From Minisyncoccota bacterium (GTDB taxonomy: Bacteria; Patescibacteriota; Minisyncoccia; Phycocordibacterales; JABMNX01), in NCBI GenBank assembly GCA_026195275.1, contig JAPHQU010000001.1, positions 12,318 through 76,317 on the forward strand: a stretch of 64,000 bases of DNA, written 5' to 3'. Positions 48,295 through 61,914 of the stretch are shown here, piece after piece. The position numbers were made by a program, and so were the translations under genes. Numbering within the stretch: the first letter of the stretch is position 1; each line of letters starts with the position of its first letter. A model generated the notes under the pieces. That model was not told the DNA's origin. It worked only from the letters and a program-made list of their open reading frames with translations, and did no database searches.

Positions 48295-48368
48295 GCGGGT
48301 GTAGCTCAGCTGGTTAGAGCGTCCGCCTGTCACGCGGAAGGCCGTGGGTTCAAGTCCCATCACTCGCG
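48295..48368 (+). tRNA. tRNA-Asp (anticodon GTC)
   Basis: GCGGGTG-TA-GCTC-AGCTGGTTA-GAGC-G-TCCGC-CTGTCAC-GCGGA-AGGCC-GTGGG-TTCAAGT-CCCAT-CACTCGC-G. Confidence 0.8.
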
Positions 48369-48371
48369 CAT

Positions 48372-48417
48372 AAAACACTTAGACCCCAACGCATCCGCGT
48401 TGGGGTCTAAGTGTTTT
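48372..48417. terminator. Hairpin aaaacacttagaccccaacgc-atcc-gcgttggggtctaagtgtttt
   Basis: Perfect 21-bp inverted repeat between tRNA-Asp (+) and the convergent minus-strand gene. Confidence 0.6.
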
Positions 48418-48474
48418 ACAGAGACGTCGCACGTAACGAGGAGGACAACACCACCGCTTGCGCATCTTCTTGTG

Positions 48475-49068
48475 TTACTCTTGGATGAAGAAGAACTCCT
48501 TGAAGACCTGGCGGTAGAGATCGATGATGCGGAGCGCTTCGCGCTTATTAAGCGGGTATGCTGATCCTTCATGCGCAATCCGGTTGCGCACCTTGTGCGC
48601 CTCCCATGCTTGGTCAATAGTGCGGAAGTCGCTCCTCTCGATGCCCTTCATCCGCTCGCCAAGCGTATCCCCAGGGTAGCCTGCACGCAGCACAATATCA
48701 TCAAGGATCGTGTCTGCTTCAATGATTGCGTGTCGCCAGTCGTTCGGATTCTCCGAATGTATGTGCTGCAAGACACCTTGCCATCTCTCATCGGGCGCCA
48801 CTCTGCTAGCAGTCTCCTCGACCACGTCCCTTTCCTTGGGACCATACTGTGAAAACTCAGCCCTGCGTATCTGTTTGAGTCTGATGTATGAATATATAAT
48901 ACCCGTGAGAAGCAGAAGCGAGACAAGAGTTGATACTATCTTCACTCCATCCCAGAAGAGGATCAATTCACGAGGAATAGCAAGCCCGTCAGCCGCGCTA
49001 CCTTGCCCGGTGATAAACCGATAGATCAGAAGGAAGAGATACTCAAGATTGAGGTAGAATAATTCCAT
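48475..49068 (-). CDS. Membrane-anchored hypothetical protein with possible HEPN-like R-x4-H motif
   Basis: N-terminal TM (LVSLLLLTGIIYSYI). The C-terminal soluble domain contains AHKVRNRIAHEGSAYP (R-x4-H-x-G). Confidence 0.4.
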   Translation of the reverse strand: MELFYLNLEYLFLLIYRFITGQGSAADGLAIPRELILFWDGVKIVSTLVSLLLLTGIIYSYIRLKQIRRAEFSQYGPKERDVVEETASRVAPDERWQGVLQHIHSENPNDWRHAIIEADTILDDIVLRAGYPGDTLGERMKGIERSDFRTIDQAWEAHKVRNRIAHEGSAYPLNKREALRIIDLYRQVFKEFFFIQE

Positions 49069-49094
49069 TCGTTTTATTATACCGCGTGGGCGCG

Positions 49095-50525
49095 TTACGC
49101 TTCAACGGATCGCCCTGCGTCAAAAAGATACTTCTCGTGAAATGCGGGTGCAAGGAACTGAATCCCAACAGGAAGCGAACTCCCCTCTCGATCAACTGTA
49201 CCCGACGGTACCGAGATTGCCGGCATGCCGGTAAGGTTTGCGGTCACCGTAAAGATGTCGAGAAGGTACATTGAAAGCGGGTCACTCTTCTCACCAATCT
49301 TAAATGCGGGGATCGGGCTCGTTGGTGTTGCAATCACATCAACCTTCTCAAGTGCAGCCTCATAATCTTTGCGAATGAGTCCACGAAGCGCCTGTGCTTT
49401 GTTGTAATACGCGTCGTAGTACCCGGCGGAGAGTACGTGGGTACCGAGAAGTATTCGGCGGCGCACCTCAGGGCCGAACCCAGCACTGCGACTCTTCGCA
49501 TATTCGTCATCAACCCCGGTACCATCAAAGTGAAGTCCATAGCGCACCCCGTCGAAACGCGAGAGGTTTGTGGAAACTTCTGCAGGGATGATGATGTAGT
49601 ACGCGGCGAGCGCATATTTAGCGTTCGGTAGCTCAATATCAACAATCTCATACCCGTCAGCTTCGAGTTTGGCAAGCGTTCCTTCAAAATTCTCAAGCAC
49701 ATCAGGGTCAACACCCTCCTCGAGAAGCGCACGTGGCACACCAATCTTCTTTGGTTTCTTTGACACTTCTGTATAAAAACTATCCGGAGTGGATGTGCTG
49801 TCTTTTGGATCGTTCCCCCGAATCGCGTTGAAGATCATCTCTGCACCATCAACAGTGTGTGTGATTGGTCCGATCTGATCGAAGGAAGAACCCATCGCGA
49901 TAAGACCAAGACGGGAAACTGCTCCGTAGGTGGGTTTGAGTCCGACGACTCCACAGAGACTTGCCGGCTGACGGATCGAACCACCAGTGTCCGAGCCAAG
50001 CGCTGCAAGCGCAAGCACACCGCCGACCGCTGCAGCGGAGCCGCCCGATGAACCGCCTGCGACACGAGTTTCATCATGCGGATTCTTGGTCACCCCAAAG
50101 GCGGAGTTCTCGGTCGAAGCTCCCATAGCAAACTCATCTAAATTGGTCCGCCCCAAGAAGACTACTCTTTGTTCCTTTAGCTTCTTGATCACGGTTGCAT
50201 CGTATGTCGCAGTGTAGTTCTCAAGCATCTTCGATGCTGCGCTCACTTTTCTTCCTTTGATAAGAATGTTGTCTTTAACACCGAGCGGGATTCCGGTGAG
50301 CGGACCCGGTTTCCCCTCTGCAATCAACTCGTCAGCGGCATTCGCCTGCTCAATGACATCATCAAATACTTCAAGGTACGCATTGAGTCCTTCGCGCTCT
50401 TTTATCCTCGCCAGAAATGCTTCAGCGAGCGCTACTGCAGAATATTCACCAGCATCAAGAGCTGCGCGCACTTTCGGTATGGTGAGTTTCTCTATATCTA
50501 TAACTGCCATACTACCTTTGATCAA
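49095..50525 (-). CDS. gatA: Glutamyl-tRNA(Gln) amidotransferase subunit A (amidase family)
   Basis: Amidase signature GGSSGGSAAAVG and the Ser-cisSer-Lys triad context, about 476 aa. Overlaps the gatC stop. Confidence 0.9.
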   Translation of the reverse strand: MIKGSMAVIDIEKLTIPKVRAALDAGEYSAVALAEAFLARIKEREGLNAYLEVFDDVIEQANAADELIAEGKPGPLTGIPLGVKDNILIKGRKVSAASKMLENYTATYDATVIKKLKEQRVVFLGRTNLDEFAMGASTENSAFGVTKNPHDETRVAGGSSGGSAAAVGGVLALAALGSDTGGSIRQPASLCGVVGLKPTYGAVSRLGLIAMGSSFDQIGPITHTVDGAEMIFNAIRGNDPKDSTSTPDSFYTEVSKKPKKIGVPRALLEEGVDPDVLENFEGTLAKLEADGYEIVDIELPNAKYALAAYYIIIPAEVSTNLSRFDGVRYGLHFDGTGVDDEYAKSRSAGFGPEVRRRILLGTHVLSAGYYDAYYNKAQALRGLIRKDYEAALEKVDVIATPTSPIPAFKIGEKSDPLSMYLLDIFTVTANLTGMPAISVPSGTVDREGSSLPVGIQFLAPAFHEKYLFDAGRSVEA

Positions 50526-50796
50526 GAATCTTCTTTACCTCGATATAGTTATCACGTGTCTTCGGCGCCTCGGCGAGGAGCTCCTCGGTGTAAATACCCG
50601 GAGCATGCGGCTCTCCGTCTTCTCGCATGATGTTGCGAAGCGTGTCCACCTCTGGTGTGAGGTCAGCCGGAATCGATTGGATCTGCTCGACGTACCCCAA
50701 GATGGCGCCGATGTCTTCTTTAAGCGCTAACCGTTCCTCTGGAGTCAGAGAGATGCGGCTGAGTGTCGCAAGTTTTTCAATGTGGGCTTCGTCCAT
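50512..50796 (-). CDS. gatC: Glutamyl-tRNA(Gln) amidotransferase subunit C
   Basis: 94 aa. MDEAHIEKLATLSRISLTPEE matches GatC. Translationally coupled to gatA. Confidence 0.8.
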   Translation of the reverse strand: MDEAHIEKLATLSRISLTPEERLALKEDIGAILGYVEQIQSIPADLTPEVDTLRNIMREDGEPHAPGIYTEELLAEAPKTRDNYIEVKKILDQR

Positions 50797-50827
50797 ATGT
50801 GGTCATTAAGTAATATAGAGCATACCG

Positions 50828-52873
<2,046 letters not shown>

Positions 52874-52991
52874 TCAAAATGAGCAGATCCAACGAGCAGA
52901 AACGCTCTGACACGAAATACTCCTGTCTGTAAGCAGGCTTTTGTCTAAACAATATTGAAAAACACAGAAACGGTGCCCCTTTGAGGACTCG

Positions 52992-53483
52992 CTAATAGGT
53001 CACGCGTATCGCGCGCTCAATTCGGCGTGGGTTCTCGGTATTCCCACATGACGTGTTGTATCCTTTCGACTCTATTTTTGTGCGTGGGTGCGTCTCCTTT
53101 TTCGTTACAGAGACGATTGTACAGAAGCCATCCACCTCAAACTGAAATATACTCGGCACGTCATAACCCAGACCCCCAACATCGACTATTGATGCCCTGT
53201 TGCAGCTTATAGACGCCGTTGATGAGGTTGCAAAACTGTCCTGTTTCTGATCCCAGTAGAGCGCACACTCAGCACCAGTGTCTGCTGCGTAAAACGCGAA
53301 CTGTGAGTCTCGCCCCGAGGATGAGAGGAGAAGCCCCTTGATGGTGATATTAAAGATTGCGAGTCCGATAGCAAGCAAAATACCAGCGATCAATACGGCA
53401 AGCAACAACGTAAATCCATCCTGGTCTCGGGTGGTATCGCGACATGATCCTGTATTCCTTTGTAATATTTTTTTTATCATCAC
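52992..53483 (-). CDS. Type IV pilin-like minor pilin or pseudopilin
   Basis: N-terminal class III signal with GFTLLLAVLIAGILLA hydrophobic helix. Confidence 0.55.
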   Translation of the reverse strand: MMIKKILQRNTGSCRDTTRDQDGFTLLLAVLIAGILLAIGLAIFNITIKGLLLSSSGRDSQFAFYAADTGAECALYWDQKQDSFATSSTASISCNRASIVDVGGLGYDVPSIFQFEVDGFCTIVSVTKKETHPRTKIESKGYNTSCGNTENPRRIERAIRVTY

Positions 53484-53493
53484 TGGTGACTAT

Positions 53494-54021
53494 TTACTGC
53501 CAATCAAATATATTCTCAGTAATACTAAAGGTTCGGCTGAACACTCCTGCACTCCACGAGAGAGTGATTGTTATCACCGCTTCTTGGGTATCGATGACCT
53601 CGACTGAAACCGATCGAACGAAATAACTCTCCTGGGCACCGCTATCGCCATAGCCATAGAAACCTGTCTCGGCGTTGTACTCAAGCGGCGGACACCCATC
53701 GACCGGACAAAGCTCCATATCACCGTCGATTGTATCAATCGTAAACGCCGCGCCATCCGTGCTGGCAAGACCATTGAGCCAGGAGAGTCCCGAGAGCGAA
53801 TTTTCATCGCGCAGATTGCGAATATACTCAACTGCATCCTGTGCGAGATAAAAGGCAATAACCTGGTCTCGGGCAAATTGCGCCGTTGCGAGCCCGCGAG
53901 ACGCGATAGTAAGCGGCGCACTAATTGAAAGAAGCAAGATTGATATTGCCACCAGGGTCTCGATTAAGGTAAATCCTCGTTGCTTTCCTTCAGTATTCTT
54001 TTGTAGTGTTTTCCTTCTCAT
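53494..54021 (-). CDS. Type IV minor pilin (prepilin-type N-terminal cleavage/methylation domain)
   Basis: KQRGFTLIETLVAISILLLSI (G-FTLIE motif). Confidence 0.7.
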   Translation of the reverse strand: MRRKTLQKNTEGKQRGFTLIETLVAISILLLSISAPLTIASRGLATAQFARDQVIAFYLAQDAVEYIRNLRDENSLSGLSWLNGLASTDGAAFTIDTIDGDMELCPVDGCPPLEYNAETGFYGYGDSGAQESYFVRSVSVEVIDTQEAVITITLSWSAGVFSRTFSITENIFDWQ

Positions 54022-54044
54022 AACGTATTGGTAGGCAGTGTTTA

Positions 54045-54620
54045 CTACAAATCAAGAACGCGTTGCGATATTGTTGACTGCAAATTGAAATTGGTAACCG
54101 TCCGAGCACTCACTCCTGCAGAACCCTGAATAGTCATCACAATGCGTGGCTGCTTTGTGTCACCCTGTGTGGTGCCGACAACGTAAAATTTCATATCCTC
54201 AATAACCACCTCACTGGCAGTGATTGGAATAAATGTCGAACCACCATCTACCGACTTTTCAATACGGTTCGCAACGAAGCGATAAACGACCTGGTCCCCC
54301 GGATCGGCCGGATCACCATCAAACTTCTCAAACGCGACCAATACACCACCGCTCGCGCAATCCTCCGGTGAATCAAGGTCGGACGGCACCAATGTGTTGG
54401 TGCTGCAGTGGTACGTTGTACCGGCGCGCATATTTCGCGACATGTTTTCAAGTGCAAAATTCAGGTTGTCCTTAATCGAGTTAAGCGCCTGTGCTTTCCG
54501 GTTTGCTTCAACCAAAGAAAGAAGCGCACCAATACTAATGGTCATTACCACCGCAAAGAGCGCGACCGCGACCATGATCTCGATGAGTGTAAAACCTCTC
54601 TGTTTTCTTATCTCCTTCAT
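54045..54620 (-). CDS. Type IV minor pilin (prepilin-type N-terminal domain)
   Basis: KQRGFTLIEIMVAVALFAVVMT. Confidence 0.7.
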   Translation of the reverse strand: MKEIRKQRGFTLIEIMVAVALFAVVMTISIGALLSLVEANRKAQALNSIKDNLNFALENMSRNMRAGTTYHCSTNTLVPSDLDSPEDCASGGVLVAFEKFDGDPADPGDQVVYRFVANRIEKSVDGGSTFIPITASEVVIEDMKFYVVGTTQGDTKQPRIVMTIQGSAGVSARTVTNFNLQSTISQRVLDL

Positions 54621-54623
54621 ATA

Positions 54624-55235
54624 TTAAGATCCGGGCACAACGGATATCTGACCCGTAGATTCTACCGTCACCTCTCGTTCAGCCCCTTGCGGCGACCCCA
54701 CAACAACTCGCGCACTCTGGTAGACTGTGCCTGCGTCGCCATCTACCCGAATATACGCATCTGGGTCAGGTCGCACAAACGTGATGTCCAGCACGTTGAT
54801 ATTGTCAGTGTCTGAGCATAGCTCGGTAGAGGATACTGTTGTCACACACACGCGTTTGATAGAAAAACCGCGACCGATATTGAAGACTTCTTGAGCTCCA
54901 TCGTCAGCGTTGTAGATATAATTCTTATCGAGGTCGGCATAGATAAAGTAATCTTGCGGGCTATCCATGTCGAAGTGCACCCCGTAGCCAACATCAAACT
55001 GCCCAGAACCAAACCCAAACTCCCGAACCGAAAGACCAAATACCTGCGCCTGCCTAATCGAGAGCCCCACATCATATGCCAAGCTCCCAATGAGGACACT
55101 GCCACCAAACGCAGCATAGTTCACCAGCACCACAAGCGTAATCACAACCAGAATCCCAACCGAGACCACAAGCTCGATCATGGAGAAACCACCTTGTGGG
55201 TGCTTTGGTCTGATTCGTTGTACGCCGGTGTTCAT
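54624..55235 (-). CDS. Type IV minor pilin (prepilin-type N-terminal domain)
   Basis: QGGFSMIELVVSVGILVVITLVVL. Confidence 0.65.
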   Translation of the reverse strand: MNTGVQRIRPKHPQGGFSMIELVVSVGILVVITLVVLVNYAAFGGSVLIGSLAYDVGLSIRQAQVFGLSVREFGFGSGQFDVGYGVHFDMDSPQDYFIYADLDKNYIYNADDGAQEVFNIGRGFSIKRVCVTTVSSTELCSDTDNINVLDITFVRPDPDAYIRVDGDAGTVYQSARVVVGSPQGAEREVTVESTGQISVVPGS

Positions 55236-56035
55236 AAGAGACCAAGGAGATTACCAATTGAGATATGCGAAAAATAAACAATAAAGAAGCTTACGATGAT
55301 GAAGGGTGCGAACGGTATTTCATTTTTTATTGTAAGCGGTTTCATGCGGAAATACAATTTTCTTTTCCGCAAAAACTTTAAAAGTGCAAGCAAGAAGAGA
55401 CTTACTGCCGCACCGATCCAAAAAGAAAATACGAATACGGTGATCCCTGCTTCAAGACCCAGCAACCACCCGATACCCAAAAAGAGTTTTGCGTCACCGA
55501 GACCAATCCACTTCCCGGAAGAGATATGCCAGAGCAACCACAAAGGGAAAGCGAGAAGCAAACCCGCACTTGCGTCAGAAGGTGTTGGTAAGACCAATGA
55601 ATAATTTGCAAAATCAATAAAAAGAGAGAGGAATGCGAGAATGATAAAAGAGAATACGAACCTATCGGGAATGATTTTGTGTCGCAGATCATAGACAAGT
55701 ATGACGACAAGCAACGAACTTACGAGAAACATGCTGAAAACCTCCAGTATTGGGCCGCCTTTGGAGAAGATCAGAAAGAAAAGTGTTGCGGTAGTTATCT
55801 CAACGAGTGGGTATTGCCATGAGATCAGACTCCCACATGCACGACATCTCCCTCGCTGAATCGCAAAAGAAAGCACCGGCAAGAGCTCAAGTGAAGAAAG
55901 TGTCTTCCCGCATGAAGCACATTGCGATCGCCCACCCAGATCTGTGCCGGTGTTGTGCCTCAATATGACCACATTGAGGAAACTCCCAATGATTGCACCG
56001 AAGATGAAGACAAATACGCTGAGCAGTATTTCCAT
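55232..56035 (-). CDS. pilD: Prepilin peptidase PilD (A24 family)
   Basis: N-terminal Zn-binding CxxC...CxxC (CASCGKTL...CRACGSLISWQ). DUF1967/peptidase A24 TM core with conserved Asp residues. Overlaps the upstream minor pilin stop. Confidence 0.85.
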   Translation of the reverse strand: MEILLSVFVFIFGAIIGSFLNVVILRHNTGTDLGGRSQCASCGKTLSSLELLPVLSFAIQRGRCRACGSLISWQYPLVEITTATLFFLIFSKGGPILEVFSMFLVSSLLVVILVYDLRHKIIPDRFVFSFIILAFLSLFIDFANYSLVLPTPSDASAGLLLAFPLWLLWHISSGKWIGLGDAKLFLGIGWLLGLEAGITVFVFSFWIGAAVSLFLLALLKFLRKRKLYFRMKPLTIKNEIPFAPFIIVSFFIVYFSHISIGNLLGLL

Positions 56036-56125
56036 TGGTATTGATTATACCACCCACCAATGAAAAACAGCTTGCCTGCGCAAGCTGTTTTTCTAGAATC
56101 CGAGTCCTATAGATCTAAAGACAAC

Positions 56126-56572
56126 CTATGGTTTTACGTCGTAGATCGGATCAGTGCCGGCAAAGTCAGTGCCGCCATTGGTACACTCAGTGCCTGCTGA
56201 TGCGTCAATGTCTGCGTTAAGCGCGGTATGAGAGGTGTTCTCGAGAGTCGCACCAAGGTGGTAGCTTGAACACGTTGAACCTGAACCAAGTGCCGCGTAT
56301 GAGTACGCTGATCCACTCTGTGGATCGGTTGGTATTGCCGCGATGTAAGTTGATACCAAAGAAGCGGTTGAGGTTGGATAGTTTGCGTTTGAGTCGAAGT
56401 AGAGCTCAAGTGCGAGTTGTAGCTGTTTGACATCTGAGATGCGACGCGCATCGCGCGCCTTTTCTCGCGCACTATTAAGTGATGCGAGGACAACTGATGA
56501 GAGAATTCCAATAATAGCAATCACGACCAAGAGCTCAATGAGCGTGAATCCTTGTTTGTTTTTATGGGTCAT
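56126..56572 (-). CDS. Type IV major pilin (PilA-like)
   Basis: KQGFTLIELLVVIAIIGILSSVVLASL. Classic type IVa pilin N-terminus with Glu5. C-terminal Cys pair (C...C) for the D-region. Confidence 0.8.
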   Translation of the reverse strand: MTHKNKQGFTLIELLVVIAIIGILSSVVLASLNSAREKARDARRISDVKQLQLALELYFDSNANYPTSTASLVSTYIAAIPTDPQSGSAYSYAALGSGSTCSSYHLGATLENTSHTALNADIDASAGTECTNGGTDFAGTDPIYDVKP

Positions 56573-56794
56573 ATTATCTATAAGATGTTTAAGTATGGAG
56601 CAAAAGTATCACTCCGAATATTTCAAGCAAAATACCTGCTGCTTTTACTATAGTATACGCCTTTGTGCCCGAGGATACATTGAGCGCTTTGTGGATAACT
56701 AGGCACGACTATCGAAGAATCAATCATTAGAAAGCCGGCAAAACGCAACTTGGTGCGCTAAATGAGTTCGCTAACCGGTGATTAACAACGATTC

Positions 56795-58003
56795 TTAAAT
56801 ACCAGCAGAGATGTTATAGATTGGAATCAACACTGAGGCGAGAAGGAAACCAACCCCCAGGCCAAGAAGCACTATCATTATTGGCTCTATGAGATTGACT
56901 AGCGTATCCACTGCCGAATCAACCTCACGTCGGTAGAATTTAGCTAGCGTCTCAAGGATAGATCCAAGCTCGCCGGTCTCCTCGCCCACCTTGACCATCT
57001 GCACAAAGATGCCGGGGAATTCTTCGTGTTCTTGAAGTGCTTCTGAGAGTTGCACACCTCCTTTCACTTTTTCATTGATGTCGGAAAGTAGGTCTTCGTA
57101 AAGCGGGTTATTGACCACTGATGCGGTAATCTCAACTGCGCGCACCATCTGAATACCACTGGTGAGCATGGTGCTGAAGTTATCAGCAATTCGCGAGAGG
57201 AAGAGTGTTCGATAGAGGTCTCCGACATACGGTACTGAAAGTTGGAGCTCTGCGAGCGACAATTTACCGCGGCGCGTTCCTAAGAATCGCCATACGAAGA
57301 ATGCACCAACTAAAAGTAGGATGATCAGAAACGCGCCGTAGTCGACTAGGAAGGTGCTCATGCCGATAACCACCTTTGTGTAAAAGGGGATGTCCTGCCC
57401 TGACTCAAGCAAAATGGCGGTCAGACGCGGAATGACCAACGTAAGCATGAGGATCATCACTGCAACAAACGTCGTGATCACAAATGCCGGATAGATGAGT
57501 GCGTTGCGTGCTTTCCTGCCAACCTCATATGATCGGTCGAGATAATCGGCAAGAAAGGTAAATGTCTTGTCTAACTTTCCAGTCTCCTCACCGGCACGCA
57601 CCATGCCAACATAGAATGGGGAAAAGATCTTTTGATGTTTTGAAAACGCATTTGAGATTGTTGAACCACTCTGAAGGTCGTCAGCTACGGTAGCGAGTTT
57701 CTCGCCAAGTTTTTTATTTGGAGTCTCTGCTGAAAGCAATCGAAACACCCGAAGCGCTGAGACTTGCGCTTCAAAAAGAGTTGCGATCTGTCGTGAGAGG
57801 ATCACGACGTCCTTGTTTGAGATCGGGTTAAAAATCGTGATTTCTTTATCAAGGATTCCCCCCGTCTCGCCTGCGGGCTTAATCGAAGTGATAGTCAGCC
57901 CACGACGCTGGAGAGAGTTGATTGCAACATCAACATTAATCGCGTCAATACTCCCCGACGACGTTTTTCCACTTTGGTCAATGACTTGATAAGTAAAAAG
58001 CAT
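56795..58003 (-). CDS. pilC: Type IV pilus inner-membrane platform protein PilC (GspF family)
   Basis: Two GspF repeats, three TM segments, 402 aa. Confidence 0.85.
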   Translation of the reverse strand: MLFTYQVIDQSGKTSSGSIDAINVDVAINSLQRRGLTITSIKPAGETGGILDKEITIFNPISNKDVVILSRQIATLFEAQVSALRVFRLLSAETPNKKLGEKLATVADDLQSGSTISNAFSKHQKIFSPFYVGMVRAGEETGKLDKTFTFLADYLDRSYEVGRKARNALIYPAFVITTFVAVMILMLTLVIPRLTAILLESGQDIPFYTKVVIGMSTFLVDYGAFLIILLLVGAFFVWRFLGTRRGKLSLAELQLSVPYVGDLYRTLFLSRIADNFSTMLTSGIQMVRAVEITASVVNNPLYEDLLSDINEKVKGGVQLSEALQEHEEFPGIFVQMVKVGEETGELGSILETLAKFYRREVDSAVDTLVNLIEPIMIVLLGLGVGFLLASVLIPIYNISAGI

Positions 58004-58007
58004 AGGA

Positions 58008-59069
58008 TTATAGGTATTTCTCTAAAATCTGCGGGCTGAGCGATCGTGTATACGCGTTCTCGACACTAACTTCACCGCGTCTGACCAGTTCTGCAAGAGA
58101 ACGATTCAGGTCGATCATGCCCTCTTCAGCACCAGTCTCGATAACTGTATTAATCTCATGGGTCCGCCTCTCGCGGATAAGGTTCGCAACGGCTTTGTTG
58201 TTGATTAAGAGTTCATACGCAGGAATAAGCCCGCCAGAGATACGGGGTACCAACCGCTGTGAGAAGATGCCCGCAAGCGAGACGGAAAGCTGAATGCGAA
58301 TCTGCTCCTGCTGTCCGGGAGGAAAGGAATCTATGATGCGGTCGATGGTCTGCGCGGCGTTGTTTGTGTGAAGTGTTGAGAATACCAAGTGTCCGGTCTC
58401 GGCTGCGGTAACCGCTGCTGCCATGGTCTCCGGGCCACGCATCTCACCGATCATGATAACGTCAACGTCTTGTCTGAAGCTTGAGCGCAGCGCGGTCTGG
58501 AAGTCTTTGGTATCGATCCGCACCTCTCGCTGGTCGATCATTGCTTTCTTTTGCTCAAACACGTACTCGACCGGGTCTTCGATCGTAATAATATGCTCAG
58601 CCCGTTGTGTATTGATAAGCTCAATGAGTGAAGCGAGAGTCGTCGACTTCCCTTGCCCCACCGGACCAACCACAAGGAAGAAACCTTGCTCGCGCTGAGC
58701 GAAGTCCATCAAGACTGGCGGCAAACTAAGCTCTTCGAGGGTGCGGATCTCCTTTGGAATGAGGCGCAGCGCGATACTCACCGCACCGCGTTGAAAATAA
58801 CCGTTACAGCGAAGGCGCGCCTTGCCTTCAAAGTCATATGAAAAATCGATCTCCTGGTCTCTGAGGAACCGCTCACGCTCCTCCTCGTTGATGAGCACTG
58901 AGATCAACCCGAGGGTGTCGTCTGCAGTGAGTACCGGTCGTGTGGTAAGCGGCGTCAACACACCTGAGACACGAATCGTCGGGTGGTTCTCCGCCGAGAG
59001 GTGCAGGTCCGAACCTCCCTCTTGCATGAGCGTGTCTATGAGATTCTTGATTTCTGATGCGTACTCCAT
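58008..59069 (-). CDS. pilT: Type IV pilus retraction ATPase PilT
   Basis: 353 aa. Walker A GPVGQGKST. IITIEDPVEYVF. Asp box. His box (HLVFSTLHTN). AIRNLIRE-like motif (AVANLIRERR). Confidence 0.85.
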   Translation of the reverse strand: MEYASEIKNLIDTLMQEGGSDLHLSAENHPTIRVSGVLTPLTTRPVLTADDTLGLISVLINEEERERFLRDQEIDFSYDFEGKARLRCNGYFQRGAVSIALRLIPKEIRTLEELSLPPVLMDFAQREQGFFLVVGPVGQGKSTTLASLIELINTQRAEHIITIEDPVEYVFEQKKAMIDQREVRIDTKDFQTALRSSFRQDVDVIMIGEMRGPETMAAAVTAAETGHLVFSTLHTNNAAQTIDRIIDSFPPGQQEQIRIQLSVSLAGIFSQRLVPRISGGLIPAYELLINNKAVANLIRERRTHEINTVIETGAEEGMIDLNRSLAELVRRGEVSVENAYTRSLSPQILEKYL

Positions 59070-59100
59070 TCTATATGTTCGTTATCATTATATTTGCGCG

Positions 59101-60918
<1,818 letters not shown>

Positions 60919-61059
60919 CCTGTTTGGAGACAGGTCGCGACCCTGGTGACCTGTGTTGGGTTATTGTTTGTAATTCTCTCGACCATATCCATTGTGTCTA
61001 TTATTTATTCCGTGTGAGTGTGGTCTCTGACGGAATCCATGAATCTTTGGTGCTTTTTG

Positions 61060-61386
61060 CTACTCTCCTGTACCAACCGGTGCGAACGGATTCGGTCTTC
61101 CGGTTGGCTGCGGAATCAACTCTTGACCAAAGTCGGTCAGACTCTGAAACGCAGCATCATCAAAGAGTGCCTTATCGAGTCTGATTGACTTAAGGTTCAC
61201 AAGAAGTATAGGAAGCTCATTGCCCTCGCGGGCTGCACCGGAAGGTTTTTGAGATACGAGCACCGAACCATCATTGCCACTAGTGAAAAATAGTGAATAC
61301 AAGACAAAACCAATAACAATAAGCACTAAGACAATGATGAGCGTTTTATATTTTTGCAGAAGTTCCATCATGATTATTTGAGCCAA
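61060..61386 (-). CDS. Small single-TM protein in the pilus-assembly operon (PilP-like role?)
   Basis: 108 aa, N-terminal TM, positioned between pilO-like and pilB. No motif. Confidence 0.35.
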   Translation of the reverse strand: MAQIIMMELLQKYKTLIIVLVLIVIGFVLYSLFFTSGNDGSVLVSQKPSGAAREGNELPILLVNLKSIRLDKALFDDAAFQSLTDFGQELIPQPTGRPNPFAPVGTGE

Positions 61387-61913
61387 TATGTTCGTAAACT
61401 TACACCAAAGGTATATGCGTCTCCCTCATCAGATTTGAACGACAAGCCGACAACATCGACAATGCGCAGACTGGATTCGAGGTCTTTCAGGAAGCGGATA
61501 AAATCATCATACCGTGCCGCAACTGAGAAACTGAGCACAACAGAATCAGTCGCACCGGCGCCAGCTGCAATAATATTTGTTGCCTCGGAGCCCGCGCCCG
61601 AGACGGTTACATTACGTGTGCGCATGTTGTATTTCGACGCGATGCTATCGATATCAAGGATAAGTCGCACATTATCAACATTGTCAGGAAGTAGCTTCTC
61701 AAGGCGGTTGAGGTCGTTTTGAGAAAAGGTGTTATACCGAGAAAGAAGTGAGTCACGAAGGTCTTGCAACTCGCGCGACTGAGTCAACGCCTCATCATAC
61801 TGCGCTTCTTCAACCCGAAGCTTTTGGATACCTTCGTATGATGGTCGCACATACCCAAAGAAAAGTCCGAGTGCGGTAGCGACGAGTATGATTGGTGTGA
61901 TTGTGCGCAACAT
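61374..61913 (-). CDS. PilO-like pilus assembly protein
   Basis: N-terminal TM, coiled coil, C-terminal alpha/beta domain. Synteny pilM-pilN-pilO. Confidence 0.5.
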   Translation of the reverse strand: MLRTITPIILVATALGLFFGYVRPSYEGIQKLRVEEAQYDEALTQSRELQDLRDSLLSRYNTFSQNDLNRLEKLLPDNVDNVRLILDIDSIASKYNMRTRNVTVSGAGSEATNIIAAGAGATDSVVLSFSVAARYDDFIRFLKDLESSLRIVDVVGLSFKSDEGDAYTFGVSLRTYWLK

Positions 61914-61914
61914 A

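Noticed and set aside
48286-48617. ORFs 48286-48564 (+) and 48360-48617 (-) overlapping tRNA-Asp and the terminator hairpin
   Set aside because: They span tRNA genes and a 21-bp palindrome, which reads open in both orientations. They are not coding.
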